Origin: Blastocystis sp. Blastoise
Lineage: Eukaryota > Protista > Bigyra: Opalinata
Assembly (NCBI GenBank): GCA_039096225.1
Contig: JBBPEB010000014.1
Span: 930,001-994,000 of the forward strand
Length of the DNA stretch: 64,000 bases
Reading direction: 5' to 3'
The notes under the pieces were generated by a model. The model worked only from the letters and a program-made list of their open reading frames with translations, searched no databases and was not told the origin of the DNA. Position 1 is the first letter of the stretch; every line of letters begins with the position of its first letter. Positions 40,136-59,247 of the stretch are shown piece by piece. The translations under genes and the position numbers were made by a program.

Positions 40136-43100
40136 ATGGAGGATATATATTATTTTCGTTTCTCTGATCATGAATCAATAACATTGTCGAAATCTTTCCT
40201 AGAAAAACATCCAGGTAGTTTATTTCATCGAATCATTGGATCTGAGAAAAAAGATGGATATTATCAAATTGATCATCCATTTATGGCATTAAATATGATA
40301 ATTAACTTATTTGATGTTCCTAATTATGATATAAAAGAGAAAAGTCAAATAGAATTGTGTGAAATACTGCACACTCTCATTATATACTTTCCAAATGAAG
40401 AATCTATTATAGAATCTATTTTTAATTATCTTATTATAAAACTTTGTCAATATTGTGAATATAATAATATAGTTTTTTATCCAAGTATATCTCCAAAATC
40501 GATTACTTATAAATATATATCACAAGAAAATCCCGAATATCATATTGTCTTTCATAGTATATTATTATATGTATTCTTTATATTATATATTTTTATTATT
40601 ATTATTTGTAATATATTATTATATGTATTATTTATAGTATATATATATTTTTATTATTTTTTGTAATATATGATTATATAAATTATAAGTATTGAAAATG
40701 ATAGAATTAATAATACTAATAATAATAATATATTATTAAATATATAGAACCATTAGATGAACTATATTATAATACCAAGAATTATACACATATGTTTCTT
40801 TCTTTGTTTAATATCACAGAAATATCTTTTGAATGTATATATATATATATTAGATAGATATATAGAGTTACCTTATAATCTCTTTCGATTCATTTTATTC
40901 TCATTTTTATATGTTATTCACGTTATTCTAATAAATAGTATTATAATGATGATTGTCCTTATTCTTGGTATATATAGATTCATTTAAGGGACTTTTACTT
41001 TTTGATTCCATTATAGATTGGGAATTAATTCAATTATTTAAAAACTTCACTCTATTTAAAATCATTAATTTAGGTATATATAATATATTTATAATTATAC
41101 CTTATAAAAAATATACAATTATCATTGTATATATATTATATAGATTTAGAGAAAGATCCTTCTGAGGAATATGATCCTGAAACTCTATTATTCTACTTTA
41201 AACAAGGGGTACATAAAGATGATAATCAATGTATATTATTATTATTATCTTTTTTTATTTATTTGAATAATAATTATTATTATATTCTATTCTATAGATA
41301 AAGATGACATTTCATATATTTATAAAGAAGAGTATAATTGTTTGTATTATAAATAATAAACTATATATATATATAGATTTGAGTTAAACTCTCCATATTA
41401 TAAACAATTGGTTTCCAATATAATAAATCCATTGAAAGATCAATATATAGAAGAATTCACTATATGTATTTTATTTTTTTCATTATTCTTTTTTTATATA
41501 TAATAACTACTGTTTTCTTGTATATATTTAAATAACTCTTTTGAGTTATTATTGTTGTTATATGTATATATATAGTATCTTCTGTGGATGGCACTGATAT
41601 GTCTGATATTGTCCATTTATTCAAAAAGAAAAAATATAAATACTTATATCGTCTTAAACTATCATCTGATTTTATTCTATTAAATACGCCTCCCAAACTA
41701 ATCAAGTCCTATATAACTGATTCTAGCTTGCAAAATATTAAGGAATTATATATATGTATATATACTATAATAAACTGTTATAACTTCTTTTTTTATATAT
41801 TTCAAATGTTAAATTTTTTTAATGTTCTTATTTCATAATTTTTTTCTCTCTTTTTTCTCTCTCTCTTTATATATATATATATATATATATATATCCTAGC
41901 TCTCAGTATATCTGCTGATGGTATATATTCACCAGCAACAAAGATGGCTATGAATCTCATTAAAAAGAATATATATCCACAACTTGAAAGCATACATTTA
42001 GGTATATAAACTATTCTATTTGTATTCTATTATATATAATAATAATAACTATATATATATATATATAGTACAACATACTCCAGTTGCTATAGATATGTTC
42101 TTCACTCCTTCCTCTAAATATCCATCTTTGAAATATATATATTGCTATCTCAATAATCATTGTATATAATTATATATAAGAACCATTCTATTATAACATA
42201 ATATTTTATATAATTATATTTAGATTTAATTGATGAAGAAGAAGATATAAAGTTATTTAAAAATATATATAAGAATACTAATGCTGTTGTTGTTTTTAAT
42301 TATCTTAATTTAGAATGTATATATATATATATTAAATAGTATATTTTTCTTTGTATACATTTATAGATAATCCTTATAATTATGATTATATAACACAATT
42401 AGCTACACTCGCACAAGCAAGACGTTTCTCAATCAATAATAAGTTAATTATTCCTGCACGTATAAATATAGTATTATTATTATTGTTATTATATTATTAT
42501 TATAACTATATGAGTCTATTATTATATAATAATATATAATATAGAAGACACAAATCAGAAGCGAAGCTCTCTACTCTTTCTTCTGTTTGAAGATACTGTT
42601 ATCCGTACGGTTAGTACATTAGATGTACCAGGTAATTCATGTTTTATATTCTTCACTTTATATATATCGTAATATTATTATTAATTTATTGTTGTCTTAT
42701 AATCCATTTGTATTATAATTAATGTGTATATCTTCTTTATTATTATTATAATTATTATGAATACTATTATTATTATATACTCAGGACAATCCGAGTGCTA
42801 TTTATGTTTAGCATCTATTCTCCAGCAGCATATATTCTCCAATTTCCAGTCTCTTACGTTAAACTGTATATATTTATACTTAAACTATACATATATATAT
42901 TGTATTAAATGTATTAATATATTTTATATGTTGATATTAGATTATTCTTCTATATATTAATATTAAATTATTCTTCTATATATTAATATTAAATTATTCT
43001 TCTATATATTAATATTAGATTATTCTTCTCTATAAACTTATGTTTAACTAATTAGATATATATTTATGTAGTTCCTAAATCTATTCCGGATCTACAAAAA

Positions 43101-43847
43101 ATCATGGTTATTTTATCTTCTTTTCCACCACAACACTTGCCCACTATTGATACTCTTTACATTGACTGTATATTATATATATATGTAATTATAATAATTA
43201 TTCTTATAAGATATTTTTATTGATTTTTTCTTATCCATGAAATATCTTTATATATTTTATATTATAATGTCTTATCTATTTTTATATATAGGTCGATATG
43301 TTCATAAAGAGCTAGTTATATGTTTATGTGAATATATAAAGAATCAGCAATTTACTAATCTTAAGAATATATATATTAAATGTATATATATGTATTTATT
43401 TATTTTTGAATATTAATTTCCTATGAGTCTATTAGTATTATTACATATAAATTTTTTATATAGGTACAGAATCGACTTTCAGTTTATCACCGTTATTAAA
43501 TGCAATGACAGCGACAACACTGCCACTTCTTCAATCTATATCTGTAACAGGTATATATATATATAATAATTATTATTATTATTAAAAATTATATATTATA
43601 TATTATATTTCTCATTATATTACACTTGTATATAAACAATTTATTCTTGTAATAACTTTTTTCCTATATATAATAGGTAACTATAATACATATTTGGTTG
43701 ATAATTTGTTTCTCTCTATAAATACTTCCTTCTCTTCCTGCTTAAGGGAACTTAGTTTTAATCGTATACATATATATTATATTATTAATATTAATATTAA
43801 TATAATACTATTAATAGTAATTATTATTATCATTTTTATTATTATTA

Positions 43848-43889
<42 letters not shown>

Positions 43890-44942
43890 GCTTAAATAGA
43901 TTTTAGTATAACTCCTTCATTTATGACTTCTTTCTTCTCTCTTCTTCATAATAAATATATTCAAAACCTTAAAGAACTCTCTTTCAATTGTATATATTTC
44001 TTAACTATCCTCTATATTAAACTATTCCTATTCTATTCTTCACTATATTATTCTACATAATATCTATAATACTATTGATATAGGTTGTTCTTCTACTCCA
44101 GAATGTATTACTATATTATCAAATGAAATTAAAAACTCATCTCTAGCATCTCTCTCTGTTCTTAGTATTATTGGTATATATCTTTTTATATTTATCTATT
44201 TATAATTTTATCTATTTATAATTTTATTTTTATTTTTCTATTATATTTTATTTATTTATATTTTTCTATTATATTTTATTTATTTATATTTTTCTATTTC
44301 TTCTTTTTATATTTGAATCAATTCAACTATAATAGTATTATATATTATATAGAATCATCAGATATCTCTTCTATTTCTTTTCTTCCTCTGATTCAAACTA
44401 TAAACAAAACGACTATGCCACTGTTAACATCTGTTATTATTGGTATATATATATATTATTTATTTATTCTCTTATTATATAGTATTCTCCCTATTATAAC
44501 TACATTAATAAATATTTATATATATAGATAATCAATCGATTCAATGGAAATATTCAACAGTTTCTTCTGAATTCGATATGGAATTAGAACATTCTAAAGA
44601 AGATATCTATAAGGATATTGAGTATCAAAAGAATATATATAAACTAGAACAGATATTAAAAGATAATCATAATCCAATTATTCAAGAATCCCTAAATAAT
44701 TTTATTTCATTTTATACAACATATTGCGAAACAATTCATCCTGACACAACATTATCCGATAGTGAGTCTTTTAGTAGCTTATCAGATGATATTATTGAAC
44801 ATTCTGAGATTCCCGTGGTTAAATGTGAATCTTCACAAACATCATTTCCTTCTATAAATCATAGTATATCAAGTACAATCAGTACAGATCATTCTACGAC
44901 TATTAATCAAAATATATCCTCAATACCTATGATTAGTACAGG

Positions 44943-44974
<32 letters not shown>

Positions 44975-45369
44975 TTCCTTTTATTCCTCCTTTTGTATCT
45001 ACTTGTTCGTATCCTCCCTCTAATACTCTTTATAAAGACATATCTATTAAAGAAAGAATGGAAAACATGCAGTATATAAAGAATCAACATTATAAGAATA
45101 TGGAAACAATTAAAAACTATATACCAACAACTGATATTATCATAAATAACTTCATTCAAAATAACTTATCTAATTCTCTTCTATATTCAGTAAATCCGAA
45201 CATAAATCATTCTATAATTAATAATTATCAGAATCCACAAATAAATAGTCAAACAATAGAAAACATACAAGCTCAAGAAATATCTAATCCAAAAAAAGAT
45301 TCTATTAATATAAAAAAAGAACCAAATAATGATAATAACCCAAAACGTCGTAAAGTCAATGAATCTTAA
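40136..45369 (+). CDS. BTB-like N-terminal domain plus LRR-like array, low-complexity tail with NLS-like end (multi-exon)
   Basis: YYFRFSDHESITLSKSFLEKHPGSLF...YYQIDHP is paralogous to the 35888 gene. Serial ~87-96-nt phase-1 exons such as HFSITPSFMTSFFSLLHNKYIQNLKELSFN. Ends PKRRKVNES*. Confidence 0.75.
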
Positions 45370-46027
45370 TTAATTAATTATATATAAGTATATATAATTA
45401 TATTAAACTTATTTTTCTTTTTCTTTTGTTATTATACTCTTTTACTAATATATATTTATATAACTGATTATTGTAGCTTTATTATATATTTGAATTGCTA
45501 TTACTTTTCTTCTTGGGGTCAGGCTATTGGGTTTATTTTATGATTGAGTGTAGTTTTTTATTTAAAAAAATGTTTTTTAAAGGAATATTAGCTTTAATAG
45601 TATTCACATATTAAAGATACATTTATATCAATATTCAACATCATGTAACTTGTACACCCTCTTTATATTCACAGAATTCAAGAAAAAAACATAAATGTTG
45701 AAGAATAAACGTTAGATATGTACTTGATAGCATTACAATTTAATATTACAATAGAACGGAATAATGTATCAAGCAATAGCTCCATTTTAATGAATGTAAT
45801 TACAAACAAATATGATCATTTTGTAATATTCTTTCAACAAATAATACAGATTCTTTAAGCCAAAAGTATTTATATCATTTATATACGTATTTCAGCAACA
45901 ATGACGTGGAGAAAATAACAAAACAATAAAAAAGCCGCGTTATTTTAAAGATACTGTTTCAGTCTTTATTCACATTCATTATCATTCTAATCAAAGTTAT
46001 AAGGGCTGATAAGGAATCTGCTCAATA

Positions 46028-46547
46028 ATGAATAGTGATGAAGAAGCCTCTAGCCAAAGAAGCGATGATAATTCTATTCCTAAATCCTTCACTACAATAT
46101 TTTTAGATTTAATTGGTTGTATGAAATATGCAAATGATTACTCTTTGAAGCAACAGTCTTTGATTTTCTTTGATGAAGAAATTATTAAAAGTCTATTTAA
46201 CGCTTATAAAATACGATTTAGTGAGGATTTTGGTGAGCAGGTGATTGAAATCTATGGAATATTAGTTCTACCTGATATTCTAAATATAAGTTCTGTGGAA
46301 ATCATAATTTATCTTCAAAGAAACTTATATCCACGATCTATACCTGCTGTTTTAATCAACAATTCTTATTTAGCTTCTAATCAGAATTTAAGAGTTCAAT
46401 CTAATTTCTATAATGAAGATACAAGCTATATCAATAAGAATTTTTGGGATGAATGGAGAGATGTATATATAATTATTTAGTTAATGTAGATATTGTTAAC
46501 AGATACTATTCTTATTAATATATTCTAGTTAATAAATAAATAAATAA

Positions 46548-46579
<32 letters not shown>

Positions 46580-48096
46580 TCTTTAGACTAGTACATTTCA
46601 CTCAATGTTAATATCAATACAGCAATATGTTCTTTATTATATTCTCGTTTATTTTCAATATATTGAGTATACATCTCTTTCTACAACATTAAATAATTCT
46701 TATCCTCCTTTATTTAAATGTAAATATATATATATATATACCATGATTGATATTATATTATTTTACTCTACTTCTATCGTAATTTGACTTATCTTTAACA
46801 TATATATATATATATAATCCATAATACTTTATTCAATAGCATCATATGTATCTTCATCTTTATTCACGGGTATTATTCCGATAAACAATCTTAACAAGGG
46901 TACTGGCTGTAGAGTATATAAATGGTATATACAATAATATAGATCCTAACAATACTAAATACTATAAATATATATTATATTACTACTCTTAATATTACTT
47001 ATAGTATATATAAAGAAAAGACTGTTTGTTTAAAATGCCTTGAAAATCCATCATCTCCTCTCTCTATCGTTCACTTCTTAAGAGAAATATATTATCAAGA
47101 ACAAATTCATCACAAATATATTATTCAAGTATTCTTATATATATTTTATCACTCTCCCTCTCTCTATATATATATTGCCTTTATATAACTATTATTGTTT
47201 ATATTAGATATATGGAGTATCTGTCTATAAGAATCACTTATGTATATTAATGGAATATGCACATCAAGGAACACTCAGAGATTTATTACGTGGAAAGTAT
47301 TTATATATATGTTATATATATATAACTTTATATCAAAATAGTATTGTGATTATAAGATATCTTTATGTATAGTTATCATCAATATATATATAGTCCTAAA
47401 TATAAATATAAATCTTATAATAATGTTCCTATGAAAACTAGAAGACAAATATGTATTCAGATTCTTAAGGGTTATCAAATATTTTCAACATTAAATATAT
47501 GTCATCGAGATATTAAAGTATGTAAAATATACAGCTATTTATATATTTATATATATATGTTTTATTTTATTTTTTTTATTATTTGATTTAACTATATATT
47601 TACTATTAAATGCAATTTAATATATACTTCTAGATATATATTCTAAGCTAAATAATAATATTCTATAAAGCCAGATAATTTTGTGATTGATAATAACATC
47701 ATTAAATACTGTGATATGGGGTTTTCCAAAGAAATGAAAGATGATCTATGTAATCATACATTATGTGGTACAATTGAATACTGTGCTCCAGAAATCTTAG
47801 AATGTCAAGAATATAATAATAGTGTAGATATATACTCAATATCTCTCACTTTATATGAAGTTATTACTGGCCATTATTTATTTGAAGATCTCAGAAAGTC
47901 GATGAATCGTAATGAATTTCGAAAACGTATTGTATCGTTTACGACAGATATATATTTGTCTTATCAACTTCCTAATATATTACGTGATATGTTTCAAATA
48001 TGCATATTAAATAGAGATAGAAAACGACTTTCTATTAATGAACTTCTAGGAATCATTTCAAAATGGAATCCTAATGAAAAAGTGTCAATCTTATAG
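46028..48096 (+). CDS. Ser/Thr protein kinase with uncharacterised N-terminal extension (multi-exon)
   Basis: LNKGTGCRVYK, VCLKCL, LMEYAHQGTLRD, CHRDIK|PDNF, CDMGFSK, TLCGTIEYCAPE, VDIYSI. Confidence 0.85.
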
Positions 48097-48992
48097 TTTC
48101 TTATTTATAGTAGTTTTACATTATTCCTACAGTTATTCTCTTTTTTCTTTTATAATTTCTTCTGTTTGTGGCAATAACATAGATGCTATTTTGTTTTGAA
48201 TATAAAATGATGAATAATATAGTTACATTTTTCATGTTAAAAACTGTATGCTAAAATTAATTATTTTGCAAGTAGTCATATATATATTGGCATGTACATA
48301 TAATAGAGATTAACTTTAATAAGATATAGTTATGCAATAAACTTCCAGTGATAGTATTGAATAAAGTGATGAAATAGAGGAAAGAGATGATAGAGAAGAT
48401 GATAAGATTCTGGATATTGAATGAGATATAGAGAGAAGAGAATAGGATAATAATAGAATGAATAAAAATAAATAATTACGAATAAGTTTGAATAATGTTG
48501 AATATTCCAAGAGTTGATATTAGCTTTATAGATATTCATAGTAAAAAATATAAATAAAAAAAATAAATATAAAGCTAAATAAAAAAAATAAATAAAATAA
48601 AATTAAAAAATAGATAAAGATAGAAAACACATGAAATCAATGTGTGTTTTAGTGTTTTTAATAAGAATAAAAAAGTATATATATATATGATATTAAAAAT
48701 AAAAGAATTATGAATAATAATAATTTTTGAGAATAGAAAAAAAGAATAAATATTATATAATATATATTTATAAAAAAAAGAATAAAATAATAATAATAAA
48801 AACATAAAAAAATATGAATAGAATAAAATATAGATAAATGAGATGAATAAATAATAAAAAATAGAGAATAGATGAATGAATATAAATAAAAATAAATATT
48901 TGAATATTAAATAAATAATAATAAAGAGAAAGTAATAATAATAGAATAGATGATGATATGAAATAATGAAGATTTTTAGAATAAATAGAATC

Positions 48993-49065
48993 GCTTAGAT
49001 AGTATAGTTGGTCAGTACTCCACGTTGTGGCCGTGGTAACCCGTGTTCGAATCACGGTCTGAGCA
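48993..49065 (+). tRNA. tRNA-His(GTG)
   Basis: GCTTAGA...TCTGAGC-A acceptor stem, anticodon arm CCACG-TT-GTG-GC-CGTGG, GTTCGAATC, TTTTT terminator. Genomic -1 base is C. Confidence 0.95.
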
Positions 49066-49396
49066 TTTTTATTCTTTTATTCTTTTATTCTTTTATTTAT
49101 TTTATTATAAAATAATATATTTGTTATCAATTATATACTCTAAAATAAAATATAATTTTTAGAAAATAATAATAATAATCAAAATCAAAATAAGAATTCA
49201 AAAAACAAAATTTAAAAGAAATATTTAAAAAACAATCAAAAGAAAATTTCTTTTTTTTGATAGAAACAAGAAAGAAAAGAAAAGAAAACAGAGAAAAAAC
49301 AATAATTATTTTGTACTTGATTTTGATTTTTGTTTTTATTGTTATTTATTGCTTAATATTTGTTAATAAGATATACTAATAATAATAAAGATAAAA

Positions 49397-54267
<4,871 letters not shown>

Positions 54268-54636
54268 ATTATAGTTTTCATGTAAAGGTTATGTTGCTAT
54301 GTTATTATCGACAATAATAACAATATATATACAAACGTCTATATTTTAACAATTTTGTACAATATTTTTTTAAACAATACAAATATTTTATAATTATATT
54401 AAGAAAACAATAGAATTGAATAAAAATAAACAATAATATCTGTTACCAATAAGAAAAAGAAACGAAAACGAAATAAAAACGTCGAGTTAATTAATTTTTA
54501 TTAAAGGTAAAAATTAACAGATATGTATTTTTACATTATTTAAATAAAAATATATTAAAAAAATTATATATATAATATAAATGATAATAAAAATTAGATA
54601 CTTGCTGAGATTGTTATTATATAGAAATAAATTTCT

Positions 54637-55657
54637 TTATTGTTGAGTGATGAACTTGAAAAGATTGTCAATTTCCTGTTCAATATCTTCATCATCATCA
54701 ATAAATGAGCTATATATATGAATATAATGATATGTATAGATAACGATATGTATATATATATACTCAAACATAGAGAAATCTTGATAGTTCTCGTCATCAG
54801 CAAGGAATGCATAAAGAGATATTAAATAGCCATAGCAAACATTCTAGAGAGAAAGAGGATACATAGAAGAATAAGAATAAAGAAGAATGACTATATACAT
54901 TAATATATCCCGATATGTTGAAGTAGAAGCTGGCAATGATGGAAAGAGAGTTCAGTATATACTATAGAAAGAAATATAATATAGGTGAAGAATCTATTAT
55001 ATATATATATACTTTAACTGTTTCATTAACTTCTATTATGCTATTATTCACAATGGGTTCTCCTTCATCTAAATATTCGTAAGAAAAAAATATATATAAT
55101 AATAAAAGGTGAATAATATATTAATATTGTAAATAAAACATTTAAATACATACATGCATGAATATGATTTGTATAAAGGCAGATGATAAATGTACGGAGA
55201 AGAAGAGGGTTTATATCAGGAATGTACTTATGAAGAAGACTAATTAAATAAATGAATAGATAGATATATATATATATATACATACTATATTAATTATATA
55301 AAAATATATAAAATCCAAAAATAATAAATAAAGATATCGAGAGAAGAATATAAGAAACTTATTATATATATATACAATAGGGAGACAGGTAAAAGTGGAT
55401 TAACATGAGTATAAATAGATGCATTATACTCATAGGTGGCCATACCAAAGAACTTAAAGAAGCTCTTCATGTTCTTATCAAAAGGTCTCGTTTGCATGTG
55501 AAGGAGGCAATGCAAAGGCACAAATATATCTTCAATAGTGTTTGAAGTGTTATCAAGAGGAAGATTCATAGGGTTCACATACTTCATGGTATTAACACAT
55601 ATATATCTCCATAAGATTTTAGAATCCTTCTATATATATATAGATGGTCACTGATGG

Positions 55658-55696
<39 letters not shown>

Positions 55697-57414
55697 AAGT
55701 ATTTCATAATAAATGTCTCATAGAATTGTCGAATAAAATCGATTAATGAATCTATATATATATATAGTATTTATCAAATATGTAGATAACAAATAATTAT
55801 AACATGAATAAATAATATTTACTAAAATAATAAAACATAAGAATAGAAAAAAAATATTAAACAAAATAACAATAATAAACTAAAATAACAGTTTTTACCT
55901 ATTTTGTTGCTAGTGGATAATCGCGGGACAGAAAAGATGCAGATATGATTAAATAGAAAGCAGTAGAGATCGGCGACTAAGGATCCCTCACAGAGATATT
56001 GAATAATGACTTTATACTCTTCTGTTTCTAGGAAATGATCCCAAATAAGTTTTGTATTTATTTGAGGGTTATTATACAAGCAATAAGGGTAATCATAATT
56101 TAATTGAGAGGAAAACAAATATAAATGATCATTTACCTATATATATGATTAATCATTTATATAATATATAATAATATACTTCTTTTTCATATTTACTTAA
56201 AGCATATGAACTAGGATGATATAGAAGTTGTTTTAATAAATAATATATATTATTATGATATTTAGAAATAAGTTCACCACGCTTCTGAAAGCTATCTATA
56301 AAAAATAAAAACATAATTTGATAAAAAGAGATAAGATAAAAAGAATAGATATACGATATATATTGTTATATTGATCTGAGATTTTAAATACTTCCGTTCC
56401 AGAGAGAACGCCAAAGAGCGGGAATTGAGCGATTGAGCACTTAACACGTTGGGAGACGAGTTCAGGAGAATAATAAGTAATCGTAAGAAGAGAATCTATA
56501 TGGAATATTATTATAATTATGATAAATAATATACATGATTCGTAAATTCTAATAATATATATATATATATATATATACTCTGATCAAATGAATTAAATTG
56601 TAATCCCTCTAAATCAGTCATATCAATATAACCACGAATATCGAACATAAATAAATCACTATCATTACCAATAACAAAGTAATTATTACGTTTGGCAATA
56701 CAAGCTAACTCACTAGAGAATATATTAATAAATTAATTATATAATGAAAAAACAAAGATAATACCATAATTGTTATGAATTCTTTCTATTATATATATAT
56801 ATATACCGATCTGCATCTTCCACTGAATTTCTTACTTCGAAATTATTACCATGTTTATGACTCAGTTTGATAAATATTTTAATAAGTAATTCATGTAACA
56901 CAATTGAAGGAACTAGAAAATATTTGTATATAAACTACATAAATAAAATAAACATACAAGAAAAACCTTTCGTAGGAGATAATTTACTATAATCTCTTTC
57001 AGATTCATTGACTGATTTTCGTCGTCGTTCATATTGAGTTGATAATCTATCTTCCACGAAGCCACCATCAAATATTATATTCTTGATATAAATATTATGT
57101 CTCATGAGGTTATTTAAAAATGTATCTATGTGCTTTTCAATGGCAGTAGGACAATCATCATCAAAAGGTTCATTACAACCAAAGTACATATGATGCTTAA
57201 ACGCACTTCCATTCATAACAACATAGTTCTTTACATTCGTATCACTAGATTTTTATAAATTCATATATTTACAGATATATCTTTGAAAATATAGGCACTA
57301 AACAAAAACTAAAAAGAAAATATACAGAGGAACTTTACAAGTAGCAGGTGAATAAGGTTTCCCCATTTTATCCTGCTTAGCGTCAATATATGTCTTTAAA
57401 CCACGAATACCCAT
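54637..57414 (-). CDS. Asteroid/ASTE1 (XPG/FEN1-like PIN domain) protein (multi-exon)
   Basis: MGIRGLKTYI N-terminus, IIFDGG, ERRRK, EDADRELACIAK, VIGNDSDLFMFDIRGYI, FPLFGVLSGTEVF. Confidence 0.75.
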
Positions 57415-57885
57415 TGTCGTATTTGTATCAATACCTTATATAAAAAGCCTGAATATATATAAATATAAGTATCTTATGTAGAATATTCTTACCAGCGTTC
57501 TTTTAAAGAAACTATTGTATATCCTGACGAATACGCACAAAATACTCAAGGACGGAATGCAAACATTGAATACTTCTTAAAAATTTTCAGTTTCCCGAAT
57601 AATCGTAACTATTGTGTTTTATACAAAGGAAATTTACTTTTCAATCATTTAGCTGTTATTGAGAGGATTGGGATAAATTTATTAGTCAATATATCTATAT
57701 TCATCATATTTGATCTATCTAAAGAAAGATAAAAAAATGGTTGTAGGGTTTAACGATATGTTTCTGTACAACTCGGTCACATTTATCTTGTTCTTTCTGG
57801 TATACGATAGAATAAAATGTTCTTATTATTTGTTTATGCCTTCTAACAGTTCTACAATGTATAGTGCATATTCCTGAGTGGTTCT

Positions 57886-59247
57886 TTGACGTATTCAATT
57901 CAAAGAAATTATTCTATAGCTCTGTTGCATATTCAGCATTTCCGTAACGGTGCTATGAGTGCGAGATATCGTATGAGTGGTTTGCAAAAGTCGATAATTC
58001 ACAGTCGTCAGTCATTAGTCACAATTCATTCGTCACCAGATGGAAATCAATTAATACAAACAAATCATGAATTTTCACCGTCTGTATTAAATTCTGTTCA
58101 TGTCTCTCTTCTATCTATTTCTGAGCATAACCATCTTTATAAGCATAAATTAGATGAGAAATATATGATTGGTGAACTTGTTTATATATCACGCAAATCT
58201 TATTTACATGATCTTGATGAAACACTTTATTTAGATCCAAATTATATGTCTATTCATGAAGAATTCAAAAATAATCAAAATCAATACTATTATTTTGCAC
58301 AACATAATGAATCGTTAATTCAAAATGAAAAACGATATCAATATAGTTCGTCCAAGTATACTATTCCCTCTTCTCTACGATTTTCCTTTTTATCCTTACC
58401 TTATCATGCAGATGATCGAATACATGATATATTTAATGGGTATTCAGTTATTCTATTTATTAAAACACGTCCAGATGGATTTGACAATCGTCAAGGTATT
58501 CGAGAAACATATGGGAATAATTCAGTAACAAGCAATATTATACGTTATTTCTTTGTGCTTGGAGTCAATCCTACACAGTTATCACTAATTAAAGATATTT
58601 ATGATGAACAAGCCAAGTATAATGATATTATTTTTGAGAATATTATTGATTCCTATCAGAATTTAACATTAAAAATGATGATGGTTGAAGATTTATATGT
58701 ATTATCCAACAGTCAAAATGAATTTATTCTATTTACAGATGACGATATATGTTTAAATACTAAGAAACTTATTCACTTCTTGGAGAAAAAGAAAGGTGCG
58801 TCACTTGTCAGTTCGTTTTCCTCCAATCAAATGTCTTCTTCTATTGGTATGATGAACAATTCTCTATCTCTATATGGCGGAGGGTGCTACTATCTAGATA
58901 AAAATAATAAGAATCCAGAGTCTCTTCATTATATTCCTCCATTTATTGTGAAGGAAGTTTATTATGTTTTTGGACCCTTAATTTATACTACTCCCGCGGT
59001 TATTCAGAAGCATGTTTCGGTCATGAGAACAATTCCCTACTGGTTTCATGTTGATGATGTCTTTATGGGTTATTTAACAAAACTAATATCTCAACGTATC
59101 TCTTTTGAATCTTCATTTATTATAAGTAGCTATGAAAAAGAACGATATACAAAAATTGAAGATAAAACCTCAAATGTTATGGCTCTTAATTATGTTCGTG
59201 GATATAACGATTATCATACTATTTGTACCACTGTCAATCATCTTTAA
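57886..59247 (+). CDS. GT31 beta-1,3-galactosyltransferase-like glycosyltransferase (true 5' end probably slightly upstream)
   Basis: IKTRPDGFDNRQGIRETYG, YFFVLG, EQAKYNDII, DSYQNLTLK, FTDDD (DxD), VDDVFMG. Confidence 0.85.
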   Translation: MTYSIQRNYSIALLHIQHFRNGAMSARYRMSGLQKSIIHSRQSLVTIHSSPDGNQLIQTNHEFSPSVLNSVHVSLLSISEHNHLYKHKLDEKYMIGELVYISRKSYLHDLDETLYLDPNYMSIHEEFKNNQNQYYYFAQHNESLIQNEKRYQYSSSKYTIPSSLRFSFLSLPYHADDRIHDIFNGYSVILFIKTRPDGFDNRQGIRETYGNNSVTSNIIRYFFVLGVNPTQLSLIKDIYDEQAKYNDIIFENIIDSYQNLTLKMMMVEDLYVLSNSQNEFILFTDDDICLNTKKLIHFLEKKKGASLVSSFSSNQMSSSIGMMNNSLSLYGGGCYYLDKNNKNPESLHYIPPFIVKEVYYVFGPLIYTTPAVIQKHVSVMRTIPYWFHVDDVFMGYLTKLISQRISFESSFIISSYEKERYTKIEDKTSNVMALNYVRGYNDYHTICTTVNHL

